The notes under the pieces were generated by a model, which ran no database searches, was not told the DNA's origin, and saw only the letters and a list, made by a program, of their open reading frames with translations. This document shows, piece after piece, positions 24,082 to 37,064 of a stretch of 64,000 nucleotides of DNA (the first letter of the stretch is position 1; every line of letters starts with the position of its first letter). A program made the translations under genes and the position numbers. This DNA comes from Prorocentrum cordatum. Lineage: Eukaryota. The DNA is taken from the NCBI GenBank assembly GCA_963575745.1, contig CAUYUJ010000277.1, positions 1 through 64,000 on the forward strand. The letters are read 5' to 3'.

Positions 24082-24621
24082 CATGATCAACATCATGATC
24101 ATCACCACCACCGCCACCATCATCATCGTAATCATCATCATCACCACCACCACCATCACCATCATCATCACCACCAGCATCATCATCATCATCATCATCA
24201 TCAGCACCACCACCACAACCATCATCATCATCATCATCATCAGCAGCAGCATCATCAGCATCAGCATCACCATAATCAACAACATCATCACCACCACCAC
24301 CATCTTAATCATCATCATCATCATCATCACCACCACCACCATCACCATCATCATCACCACCACCACCAGCACCATCATCGTCACCACCACCACAACCATC
24401 ATCATCGTCATCATCTGCAGCGTCATCATCATCAGCAGCAGCATCATCATCAGCATCGTCATCATCACCATCATCAGCATCACCATCACCATCACTATCA
24501 TCCTCAGCATCATCATGACAATCATCATAAAACTCAACATCATCAGGATAATCATCGAAACTCAGCATCATCAGCATCCGCATCGTCTTCATCATCATCA
24601 GCAGCATCATCATCATCATCG

Positions 24622-24668
<47 letters not shown>

Positions 24669-25150
24669 GTCATCGTCATCGTCAGCATCATCATCACCAT
24701 CAGCAGCATCATCATTATCAGCATCAACACGAGCATCATCATCATCATGAGATCATCAGCATCATCATCATTATCAGAATCATCATCATTAGCATCAGCA
24801 TCAGCATCATCATCAGCAGCATCATCAGAATCATCATACCCCTCCTCCTCCTCCTCCTCCTCCTCCTCCTCCTCCTCCTCCTGCTCTCTTCCTGCTCCTC
24901 CCTCCTCCTCCTCCTCCCCCCTCCTCCTCCTCCTCCTCCCTCCTCCTCTCCTCCTCCGCCTCCTCCTCCTCCTGCTCCTCCCCCCCCTCCTCCTCCAAAC
25001 CTGCTCCCTCTCCCTCCTCCTCCTCCTCCTCCTCCTCCTCTCCTCCTCCTCCTCTCCTCCTCCTCCTCATCCTCCTCCTCTGCCTCCTCCCCCGCCTGCT
25101 CCCCCCCCTCCTCCTCAGATCTCTCATTCTCCTCTTCATCATCATCATCA
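24082..25150. repeat. (CAT/CAC)n followed by (CCT)n microsatellites
   Basis: Directly visible in the sequence. Confidence 0.95.
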
Positions 25151-26485
25151 TCCTTCTGTACCCCCTAACCTCCGATGCCGTGGGCTATACTTATGTATAA
25201 ATATCTTCTAGAACCATCGCGCGCGCTTCTCGCGCGCTCAGGTTCTAACAGGCCCCAAGCCTTGACGCGTTCACTGCTCCGCTGAAGTAATGGACCACTG
25301 ATGTTTTGAACGAGAAGTGAAGAAATGCCCATAACGCCGAACGCATTATGGGCAATGCGAAGCCCATGCGTGTCAATCCGAATTCCGGAAGGCTTTCAGG
25401 AAAGATGGTTGCGTAGGGGGGCTGGGGCCTGATGAATCGGTTTCCCAGAAGGTCTTCTAGGAACATGGGTTTGGGGGGCGTCTTGGGGCGCCTGTTGGGG
25501 CGTGCCGTCGTCGTTATAATGTCGTCGTCGCCTCTTGAGGCGCACCGTCGTCTTCGTCGTCATCGTCGTCGTCGTCCTCGTCGTTGTCGCTTCGTCGTCA
25601 TCGACGTCTTCGTCGTCGTCGTCGTCGAGGGTTCAAGAGGGCACTTGGGGCAACTTTGTGCGAAACGATCCGCGGAAGGCCGCGAGGAGGCGATCAATTT
25701 CCCAGTAAACTTCCCAAACAACTCTCCCGTAGCGCGATGGTAACTACTTCGGAGCCTCCGGAGAGTCTCGGGCCCATGATGAACCATGTTCCCAGATGGC
25801 TTTCTGGGGACATGCTTTGTTGAGGGCTTTCTGGGGACATGATTTGTTGAGGTGTGTTGGGGGGCGTCTTGGGCGTTCCCTGCATGGGGGCCCCTTGGGG
25901 CTTTCTGGGGCCCTCTTGGGGACCTCACGGTGCTTCGTGTCAGCCTCTTGGTGGCCTCCGGGGGCCTACTGGGGGCCTCTAGTGCCAGAGACTTCGAAAT
26001 ACCGGTTCGCGGTCCCCTTCTGGGCCCCCTGTTGGGGCACACTTGGGTTGTCTGGGGAGCCTCCTGGGCTGTCTTCGGGCCCTCTTCGGGGCCTCGTGTG
26101 CCGTCTTGGAGCGATCTGAAGGGCCTCCGAGGCCGTGAGGGAGCGCTGGGAAGCGGGAAAAGCGAGAACGCTAAAATCCTTCAAATAACAGAAACAGTAC
26201 ATGCATTTTGCCTCCCAGGGCCTTCTTGGGGGGCCTCTTGAGTCCGCCCTGGAGCGCGTTGGAATCCTCGTCGGCCGTCTTGAAGGCATCTTGGGCGTCT
26301 TCGGGGCCTATTGGGGCCGTCTTGGGCCCTCTCCACTTGGCTTTTCGTGGCCTGTTTCGGAGCGGGCCTGGGCCGTCTCGGGGGCTCTGGACCTTCCCAG
26401 AACCCCCTGGGGGCGCCCATGGGGGGTACAAGCAGCGGCCCGCCCCGAACCCAGCCTACTCCGATATCGATATATCAATATCTCG

Positions 26486-27356
<871 letters not shown>

Positions 27357-28454
27357 TACTTAGAGGCCTCTCAAGGGCGTCTTCGAGGCAGTTTGGGAGC
27401 CTCTTGGGATCCTCCTGGGGGCCTCCTGGAGGCCTCTTGGGAGCCTCATGGGGTTCTCTTGGGGGCCTCTAGGGGCCTCTTGGGGGCCTCTTGGGGCCTC
27501 CTGGGGACCCAATGCAAGACCCGGACATCTGGCGCTCCAGTTTTTCTGGTGCGTGGGCCCCCAGAGGCCTGGCCACCTTCCCTACGGCCGGCTTTTCAGC
27601 GTGAGTCGTTTTTGACGGTCCCGGGGCCCGTTCATGGCCCCCTGAGGTCGACAACGACCAAACTCCGGCCGGCCCAGTTTTTTTCCGGAGCATCGGATCT
27701 CGGGGGACGGACGGAGGAGGGGGAGGAATCGACTACACGTAAGAGTGACCTCTCGCCAAAGTGACCATAGGTGCAGGCTCACTGGGGTCCCTCGATCGCC
27801 GGGGTGCTTCAATCGTGCTCCGCCTCGGGTTTCTGTGTTTCACGTGGTACCGCCGTGGAGCCCTGGGTTCTTGGTCCTGGGCTGAAGGCCGCGGACGGTC
27901 CTTTGGGAGAGTTCCTGCGTGGACATCGGCTGTGGTAGAGTTTCACGAGACCCACCGCTCTGTCGCACGCTGAGGACACTGAGGAGACGAGGAACGCTGC
28001 GAGCCACGTCGCTCAGAGTCTGGCCACTGCAAGACCCAGACATCTGGCGCTCCAGTTTTTCTGATGCGTCCCTTAACCTCTCTGCAATCAGCCTTGAATC
28101 ACTCTTCGTGCTGATCCTTTGAACTCGCGACGTCTTTTTGGTGCGGGATTCTATCAATGTGGCCTCTCCATGAGACGTCTGAGTGCGCTCGACTATAACC
28201 ACGCACGCGCTTCGCGGGCGCCAAGGTTCTAGTCGAGCACATCCGCAGCGGGGCCATCTTGGGAGACCTTGAAGCCCACAAGAAGAGCCTCGGCGGGGAA
28301 TGAGCCTTGCATGTGCTCTGGGTGCCCCGGGTTTGGGGGGAGGCCCTAGGGCACCTGGGCTGGCGCTCGCAAAATATGGATCGCGTGCTCTGCGCGCGCT
28401 CAAGTTCTAGTTGATCACCGCACGACTGGGCAGTCGTCGTCGTCGTCGTCATGG

Positions 28455-28495
<41 letters not shown>

Positions 28496-28496
28496 C

Positions 28497-28530
<34 letters not shown>

Positions 28531-29029
28531 CGTCGTCATCATCATCGTCGTCGTCATCGTCGTCGTCAATCGTCGTCGTTACCCCGTTCGTCGGTCGTCG
28601 TCGTAATCATCTCGCTCGTCGATCGTTGGTCGTCCGTTTTCGTCGTCACCACCCATTCCCGATAACATCAGGAGCGCCTCGGATCGGCGGCTCTGGCCGG
28701 AGGCCACTGCCAACATGGATCGCGCGCCCCGCGCGTGCTCAAGCTCTGATTGATCACCGCACGACTGGGCAGTGGATCGTGGTACACGCCCTGAGTCCTG
28801 CGTGAAGGCGCGCTGTCAGACTTCTTCGCTGCTGCTTCACCTCCCCCATTGTGCCAGTCTGTCCAAAGTGAAAGGGCAGGATTCATGACAGCAGGAATGA
28901 ACAGGCAGAGGGGAAACAGGAGGCGGAGGAGGAGGAGGAAGAGGCTGCGGAGCATGGCGAAGGGGGGAGAGGGTGTGCGCGCAAGGATGGGGGAAAGAAA
29001 CTGCTGCTCTGGACTGAGAAGGGGAGGCC

Positions 29030-29250
29030 TCCGCTCGGCGCGCACTTGTCTGGTCGGTCGCCCACACGTGTGCGCACAAGGCGGAACGAAAAGATCCGCT
29101 CGGCACACACTTGTCTGATCGGTCGCCCAAGTGTGTGAGCGTAGGGCGGAACGAGAGCAGCTGCCCTGGACGGAGAAACGCAGGCCCCCGCTCGGGGCAC
29201 ACTTGTCTGGTCGGTGGCCCAAGGGTGTGCGGGCGGCGCGGAACGAAAAT
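29030..29250 (+). repeat. Three degenerate copies of a ~65-90-bp repeat
   Basis: cgctcgg..cacttgtctggtcggtcgccca..ggcggaacga at about 29032, 29097 and 29190. Confidence 0.7.
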
Positions 29251-30089
29251 TTACGTTAACGCATCTACTAAATAGCCAGCTTTGTACTGAAAGCTCGGGG
29301 GGGACCTTTTAAAGGGGGGCAAGCGGAGCTGGAGCGACAACCCTACATCATAGCGGGACGCGATGCCGCACCACCACGGCGCCTGAATATCCGACGCAGC
29401 AGCGGGAGCGACCGGGAGATTGCCGCAAGCCGAGCTAGCGGGGGCAATCCCCCCCCGAGGTGTTCAAAAGCGGGACCGAGCCACCGTGGGCCCACGGCCT
29501 CGAGCGGTACCTGACCTGGCCACAAGGCCTCACCAGGGCCAGCGAGAAACTCGGAAACGCAAAGTCACAGCCCCCGACTGTGGAACCAGCCTGGCACACA
29601 TAGGGTGGGAGGGTTTGGGATATTCATCTATGCTGTGATCCAGCCCCCCTGTTTTATTTCAAAACCCCCGGTCTAAATATTTCTCTGCTCTAAATCCTGA
29701 GGAAGACGAGAGAGGACAGGGGGGCGCATCAACACGCCGCCAGCACGCTTCGGCTATTTCAACAGATAGGGCCCCACGGCCACACAAAAGCGAAAGCTGA
29801 GCATCCAGCACGAGAGAAAGGCCATCACGGCTCAAGCGAGGCGCCTTCCTTGCGCCCGTGACGGGCACGGGCTGCGGCGCTGGGGCGGCCCGTCGTCAAC
29901 GCCCGCCCGCCGTCGAAGTTCGGGAGTTCGACCTCCTGGCCACGCGCCCGCCCCAGCTCCTCCAGCAGGCGCCTCGCCAGAGGGGTCTGAGCCGCGGGCG
30001 ACTCCTCGATGAACGACCTCAGCGCCTCGGCCGGCGCCGCCCAGAAGCGGGCGCCTGCCCGCGCCTGCTCGTCCGTCATCCTGCTCAAC

Positions 30090-30880
30090 TTATTGATGAG
30101 AATGTGAGTCCTGGTGTAGCGCGCCAGCGCCGTTGTCGATTGCCACCTGCCCATGCGCCGCGGGGCCACCAGACAGCCGCCTCCCGCCACGAAGCCGGCC
30201 GCCCCCGAATACCGAATGGCGCGTGGGAGGCCCATGCCGGCCAGCCCCACCTCGCCCAGCGCCTTGCGCCACTCGCGTCTGGACTTGTCCTGCAAGATGG
30301 GGAAGACGAGGCCCCTGCTGGCACCGCCCCGCATCGGGGCCCGCACCGCGGCACCCGTCACCGGCCACGAGATCACGACGCCCTGGTTCGCGCACGTCTT
30401 GACCCCCCCCCTCTCGCGCCCGCCGAGGGTGAAGGCCAGCTGGCCGCCAGGCCCCTCGGACGCGTCCTCGGCCCTGAGCTGGCCCCAGAGCCATCCGCCC
30501 AGCTGCGCGAGCACCGCCGAGCCCTCGATCAAGCCGCACGGGGAACAGTCTGCCGATCACCAGGCCGACCGCCTCCATGGGAACAGGAGCGCCTTCGCAC
30601 AGCTGCCCAAGCCGCTGCCGCGACTTCAGGGCCCTCGCCGATGTCGGCAGCCGGTCACGGTGGTCCTGGAAGACATGCGTGAAGCCATTGAACAGCATGT
30701 TGGCGCGCCCGAAGCCCAGCTGCCGCACGTCACACATGTCCGAGATGTGGTCCGCCAGCGCCTGGCCCCTCGCCTCAAATGTGGTGAAATCGAGCTGGTT
30801 TCTCTTGACGTCCACCAGGAACTCGCGGACCGCCTTCTGGTAGGCCAGGTTGGTCGCGTCGTCCACTGCGTGAATGACCA
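30090..30880 (-). pseudogene. Tyrosine recombinase of the DIRS-like element
   Basis: N-terminal VDDATNLAYQKAVREF, then LPTSARALKS, KTCANQGV, RAIRYSGA (degenerate HxLRHxG) and GRWQSTTALARY (catalytic Tyr). Confidence 0.8.
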
Positions 30881-31164
30881 GGCGATTCGCGTGGGGCAGC
30901 TTGTCTCGCTGCGCCTCGCCCCAAGCCCGCGCCCCCTTTTTGGCCAAGGGAGGCGGCGCGATCGCCCTTTGATCGGGATGCGCGCGGGCTCTGGCCGCCT
31001 TGGTCACTGACGGCCCCTCCGCGCGCCACCAGCATCCCGAAGGCTACACATGCCGACCCAGCCACTGCACCCTGACGATCTTGACGATGATTTAAGAGCC
31101 GCTGGAGTCGTTGCGGGACGCATCGGGCCACATGGAGCTCGTTTCCCCCGCCGCACCGATGGGT

Positions 31165-32460
31165 AGCCCCCTCGAAGGCCCGTCCGCCAGATTGAGCTCC
31201 GACGGCACCCAGCGGCAGTAGCCCCTGCACCTGCAGACCATCTGGATGATACCCGCGATGCGGCACAGGTGCAGGACGTCCACGGCCGAGGACCGGCCTT
31301 TCTGCAGCGAGCCCAGCGACGCCATCGAATACGTGAAAATCAAGATGGTGCGGCCCCAGGCTTGCGATGTCCTGCTCAGGTGCCTCAGGGTGGCCACCAC
31401 CGTCCGCAGCTCCAGGATGTCGCTGTGCTCCTGGTGCCTCCGCTTCCCGCAGAACAGGATGCGCCAGTGGTGCATCAACCAGTCGCCCTTCAGCGGGATG
31501 GTGGTACCCGTGGCCTTGGCCATCTGTGGCCGACCTCCTCACAGCCTCAGTCTCGCCCCCGCTGGTATCGTCCCCCAGGAAAGCTCGAGCTGCTTCACGA
31601 TCTCCGCGTAGCACCTGCACAACTCGAGCGGGCACGCACACGCCAACTGTGTCCACCCGAGCCCGCATGGCGACTTGCCCCTCAGCTCCTGGCGTGGCTT
31701 TTGGGCGCGGCCGAAGCACTGAAAAGACCCCCTGCACCTCCTCGCCAAGCTGGTCACCTCTTTCACGCTCGCGACGAATGCGGTGGGCTTCTTCCAGATC
31801 CCCCCGAACATGCAATAGTCCAGCTCCACCCTCCAGACGTCTACGTTCGCCAAGACCTTGACGAGGGCCGGAAAGGCCCAGATATAGCTGCCAGCCGGTT
31901 CCTCCAGCGTGAAAGGTATCGCCATGGTCACACAGATCTTCAGCACCTCCACCGCCACCAAGCACAGCAGGTTCCCCTCCTCGAGCTTCGCCTGACTCGA
32001 CTCGCCCAGGTCCTCGAAGCCCCAGATGTGCTCTGCTGACCGCAACGGCGGTGCACGCGCCTTCGAAAAAGTAGCGCAGGGGGGCGCGGTGTGCACCCGC
32101 CAGTACCAACCTTGGCGAAGCCTCCTCAGCAGCACTTCCAGGTTCTCGCTGACCAGCACGTCGCACCCGCCCCCCTTCCGAAATGCCCCACGCTTCGCCC
32201 CAGGAGTCCGCGAGCTCCCTGATGGCGCCCAGCAGCCTCGACGAGCCCGGAAACAATTCCAGCACCCCTGGGCGACCCGCTCGAGGTCGGGCAGGTAGGT
32301 CCTCCTCGTCGCCGACTGCCTTCACCCCTCTCTCCACCTCGGCGTGGACCTCCTCCATCTGCGGGCCCCAGAGCCCCTCCGTTCCACGACCTGCCTCTGC
32401 CCGTGCCTCCTCGGGGTCGCAGTCGCAAGCCAACGATCCACATCCACTCTCCGAGGCGTC
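31165..32460 (-). pseudogene. DIRS-type RNase H split by the DNMT domain
   Basis: N part ADASESGCG (~32460-32435). C part HSDILELRTV, IFTYS (canonical DS), KGRSS, WVPSELNLADGPSR (~31430-31168). Confidence 0.8.
31585..32265 (-). pseudogene. C5 cytosine DNA methyltransferase-like domain, frameshifted near 32160
   Basis: Motif I-like VLELFPGSSRL, motif IV APPCATFS, motif VI-like LEEPAGSYIW, YCMFGGIWKKPT, and a C-terminal CPLELCRCYA. Confidence 0.8.
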
Positions 32461-32579
32461 GGCCATGTGCGCACGCGGCCACCAGGGCGCCTCCAAGTCC
32501 GACTCCACGTAGATCGAGAGGCTCACCAACGCCAAGAGCTCGCTCTTGACTAACCCGGGCAACCTCCGAGGCACCACAG

Positions 32580-33800
32580 ACCCCCCCCACCTCGCAGCCC
32601 CTGATCCACCTGCAGGCCATCATCGTCCACGTCCAGCGGCCCACCAAGCTTGACAGGACAGAAGGTGGGATGTCACCCTCCAGCAGAAGCGCCTCCGTAG
32701 CCAGGACCAGCTCCGCAAACTTCTTCGTCTGGACACTCAGCACGCACGGCCTCGTCGCTGGAATCGCGAGCCCAACTCCCCCATTGAGCCCCTCCCCCCA
32801 GCCCTCCTTGTGGATGGCGAGGCCCTTCTGGTTCAGAAGCTGCTCCACCCCCTCCTCCGCCTGCAGGATCTCCTCCTCCTCGCCGGGGCCCTTCAGCGTA
32901 AAGCCGATATAGTCGTCGATGTACAGCATCAGGATGAGCCTCACCGCGGCCCCCACAGGCGCCACGCCCTCCACCGCCTCGGCCTCGCTCGAGGGAGGAT
33001 CCCCCTGCTGCGGCGAAGGTCGAATGAAAGAGGCCGGACTACAAGAGCTCGGGGTCGGCTTCCCGCATGCAATGGTCGGCGCCTTCAGGGCCTCGAAACT
33101 CGCCTTCAAACATGCATGAGCCAGAAAGACCGCCCAGGCCGAGCCCATCACCAGGCTCGCTGCTCCAAGTCCAATATCCAAGGCCTCGGGCTTCTTGAAG
33201 TCAAGCCCCTCCACCTGGCCACACTGGCGTAGCTCCTGCGGCGAGACGCCCTCCACGACGAAGAACTCCGCCAGCTCCGATCCCCAGCGCAGCCGATTGC
33301 ACCAATCCCACACGTCGCCGTGGAAAGAGAAGAGCCGTCGCCCACGCAAGATGGCCTCGTCCAAATCCAGCAGAGCCAAGCCTGCGGGGCTCCCAAGCGG
33401 CACCCACGGCGGTTCGCGAAAAAGAACGTTGACATTCCTGCAGTCCCAGCTCAGGCGACTCTTCAACACTTCCACTGAGTCGGGGTCGACGTCGTTGGCC
33501 ACCGTGAACCAGTCCCACCTTCTCCCGCACCTCCTTCACGTAGTCCAGCATCCCCGCTTAGTACATGCGGGACAGGAGCTCCAGTCTCTCGGCCTTGCTC
33601 TTCGGCGCCGCGTCCGAGTAGCTCTTCGTGGTCTCGTATCGCTCCCAGTCCACCTCGCCTGCGCTCTGGATCACCAGCTTCTCGAACGAATCGATGTAGC
33701 TGCGCGCGCAAGCCGACAAGTCCTGGACACGAACCGGCGTCGTCCCTGGGCTGGGTAGTGAGACTTGCCCGGCTCGGAGGGGGCAGAGATCCCCCTTCTT
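32580..33800 (-). pseudogene. DIRS-type reverse transcriptase
   Basis: RLSWDCRNVNVLFREPP, GDVWDWCNRL, LVMGSAWAVFLAH, and YIDD at 32912-32923. Confidence 0.85.
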
Positions 33801-34732
33801 GAATATCGTCGCCTTCTTGCTGTCCTCCTTCCTCTTCACCGTTGTAAAATAGCCGCGGCCCGTCGTCTCCTCGAGGCGGCTCAGAGCCACCTTCCCGTCG
33901 TTGATGTTGCCCCAGCTCGCCCGAGTGGCGCGCGGGTCCCAGATGTCGCTGATGGTATTATTCTGGAGCGGGCTGCTCGCCGCCCACGCCTCCTTCGCTT
34001 CCTCCACCGTCTTGAGGGGGGGCGGCTGCAGCCAACCCTTCGCACGGCCCACGGCCATGCTCCTAATTCCCGAGATCGCCCTCGCCACCCTTCTCCAAGT
34101 CACGCGCAGGCTGACGGAGCTCAGCCTGGCACTCGATCTTCTTGTAGTCATAGGGAAAGGGAGGCTTGGCAAAGTCCTCCGCGGGCCTCGCTCCCGAGGA
34201 TCCATTGGCGACGTCCAGGGCGGGCCTCACCTGGTGACCTGCACCACGACGCACTGGTTGACCAGCTTGCAGAAGAAGAGCCTCAGGGAGATCCACGTAG
34301 ACCTCCTCCGACTCGAAAATCGCCTGGACAAGGAACTCCTCCCAGGCAGGCTCGCAGAACACCCAACCCAGCAGGCCCACGAGGAGCCCGACCCAAATGG
34401 CGGTGCGCGGCGCGCGAGCAGCGGCCGTCGACCCGCCCAAGCCGCGTCGATCGCACCAGCCGCAACCTATTCGCTGTCCGCACCGCCTCCCCCTCCACCA
34501 CCTGGGCTCCAGTGCTTGTTCAGGGTCGCGCGGCGCTTCAGCTTCTCCAACACCTCCTCGTTGGCCGTCAAGTTCTCGCTGTCACGGTCGCCGTCGAGGC
34601 GCAGGTACTCCACGGCCAGGCTCCAATCGACCTTGGACTTCCACTTGCCCCCGTTCTGCGCCTTGGGGCGCTGCCACTCGGCACGACACTGCACCCGCTT
34701 GTAGGCCACACGGGGCCCCAAAATAGCCGAAC

Positions 34733-35272
34733 AGGCTTCCGGATTGCCCCAATGTGGCCTCAAGCCCGGCCTCCACGCAGCCAAGACGGCCAATTGACTG
34801 CTTCAGACTGCAGAACATCACTTTCCGACTGCCGGAGAACCCTGACGATGCCCCCAAGGGACCCCAAGAAGCCTCAAGATGCCCCCTTGATAAGCACCCA
34901 AGAGGTGCCTCCAACAGCCAATTGAGGAAGCCCAGACCGGGGGCGCGCTAAAAGATCTCGGACAGCGCTATCAAGCACAGGCGCGTGACATAGTCGTGCC
35001 TCCTGAGGGCCTCTTGGGAACCTCTTGGGTCTTCGTGGGGGCATCTGAAGGGCTTCTGGGGGGCTCTCCGTGCTTCCTCAATTGGCTGTTGGAGGCACCT
35101 CTTGGGTGCTTCTCGGGGGGGGCATCTTGGGGCTGCTTGGGGTCCCTTGGGGGCATCGTCAGGGTTCTCCGGGCAGTCGAGAAGTGATGTTCTGCAGTCT
35201 GAAGCAGTCAATTGGCCGTCTTGGCTGCGTGGAGGCCCGGCTTGAGGCCACATTGGGGCAATCCAGAAGCCT
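34733..35272. repeat. Inverted repeat with ~200-bp arms and a ~140-bp spacer
   Basis: 34733-34931 is the reverse complement of 35072-35272 at high identity. Confidence 0.9.
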
Positions 35273-35279
35273 TCCAGGG

Positions 35280-37020
35280 CCTCCTTGAAGCAATTTTGAT
35301 GCATCGAGAGCACTGTTCGGCTGTCTTTGGGCCCCGTGTAGCACGTCTCCCGTGAGCCTTTTGGGGCCTGGTGGGGGGCTTTGGGGGACCTCGTCGGACC
35401 ACTTGGGGACTCTTGGGGCCTCCTGTGGCCTCTTAGGGCGGGAAGCTCTGCTGTTGGGTTCGCGTTCCCCTTCTTGGTGCTCTCTTGGGGCCCTCTTGGG
35501 GCACTCTCGGGCCGTCTTGGGCGCCTCGGGCACCGTCTTGGGGCCCTCGTGGGCCGTCTTGGGGCCCTCTTGGAGGCCTCTTCGGCTATCTTGGAGCGGC
35601 CGTGGGGGCCACTTGGGCCGTCTTGGAGCGTCGGGATGCCAAAAGGCTGGGAACCCCAAAATCCATCAAAAGCCGATGGGAAAACAATGCTTCTTGGAAC
35701 CTCTTCGGCCTTCTGGGGAGCTTCTTGAGGGCCTCTTGGGTCCCATTTGGGGGTCTCTGGGGCTTCATGAGAGCCTCTCGGGGTGGAAGGCTCGGATTTT
35801 CGGTTCGTCTTACCCCTCTTGGGCCCCCCTTGGGGCCGTATTGGTGCCCTCTCGGGCTATCTTGGGCCCTGTTGGAGGCCTCTTGGGCTATCTTGGATTG
35901 GTCTTGGAGGCCTTTTGGGCTGTCTTGGAGCGTCAGGACGCCAAAAGGCTGAAAACGCGAACACCAATCAAAAACCGATGGCAAGACATGGATGTTTGCC
36001 GCTTGGGGCCTTCGTGGGAGGCCTCTTGGATACTCTTCGGCCCCCTGGGGGGCTTCTTGGGGGCCTCTTGGAGCCTGTTAGGGGCTTCTCGGGGCCTCCT
36101 GAGAGCCTCTCGGGGTGGAAGACTCGGATTTTCAATTCGTGTCAACCCTCTTGGCTCCATCTTGGGGCCGTCTTGGCGCCCTCTCGGGCCGCCTTGGGCG
36201 CCTCTGGCGCCGTCTTGGGACCCCTGTGGGCTGTCGTGTGACCGTCTTCAAGGCCTCTGGGGATGCCTTGGAGCGGAAATTGAAGCCTCTTGGGCCGTCG
36301 TGAAGCGTCAGGAAACTCAAAAGGCGAGAACTCGAAAATCGATCAAAAACCAAAGGAAAACACATTAGTTGTGCCTCCTGGGGCTCCTTGGGAGCCATCT
36401 TGGAGACCTCTTGGGGCGTTTTGGAGGCCTCTTGGACAGTCAGGGACCAAGTCTGGGGTGATCTCGGGCGGTCATTGGTCGTTTTCGTTGTCTGGAAACG
36501 CCAGGGCCGTCTTCGGGCGACTTTACAAGGCCCCCAGCGCGACGGCAGGGCCCCCGGGCCCCCCAGTGCGAGGGCCCCGTCCCGGGCCCCGCCTCGTGCC
36601 CGCGGCAGGGCGTCCCTGGGCCGTCTCGGCGCCCTCGTGAGGGCCTGTTGGGGCGACATTGGGTGTCTGAAATCCATCAAAAACCTAAAGACAACCAATG
36701 ACTTTGGCGTCCCTTTGGGCCGTGTTGGAAGCCTTGTGGGCCGTCCGGAGGCCATCTTGGGCGTGTTCGAACGATATGTCCTCGTTTCAAGGCCTCTTGG
36801 GGGCCTCTTGCTGCCCTTTTCGTCTGTGTTGGAGCTTTCTTGGGCCGTCTGGGGGCGGCCCTGGGCTGTCTCGGCGCCCTCTTGGAAGCCTGTTTGGAAG
36901 ATTTCTGGGTGTCCTTGACCGTCCTCCTTCAACGTCGGCGGCACTGGCCGTAAGACTTCCTGGGAACATGATTTGTTGGGGTGTCGTTGGGCGCCTCCGC
37001 AGGCTTCGGGGCCTGATGCG
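35280..37020 (+). repeat. Degenerate GGCC(T/G)(C/T)CTTGGG-rich interspersed repeat family
   Basis: Dense ~11-bp ggcctcttggg/gccgtcttggg units. The same family occurs at 25790-26450, 27360-27510 and 40550-42600, and reversed at 44690-45080 and 63460-63720. Confidence 0.75.
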
Positions 37021-37064
37021 TTTCCGAGCGTGGCGGCAGATAACGCTGCTTGGGACTCTCGTTT

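Larger units (their letters stand above)
29820..34700 (-). mobile_element. Decayed DIRS-like tyrosine-recombinase retrotransposon carrying a C5 DNA methyltransferase
   Basis: Order on the minus strand: gag-like fragment, RT, RNase H (N part), DNMT, RNase H (C part), YR. Multiple frameshifts and stops. Termini not identified. Confidence 0.85.

Noticed and set aside
29858..34925. Long plus-strand ORFs over the DIRS element, and similar antisense ORFs over the LINE and the dioxygenase
   Set aside because: Antisense shadows of GC3-rich coding sequence on the minus strand.
35352..36368. 338-aa Leu/Gly-rich ORF, and the 387-aa ORF at 38829-39992
   Set aside because: These are translations of degenerate repeat families.
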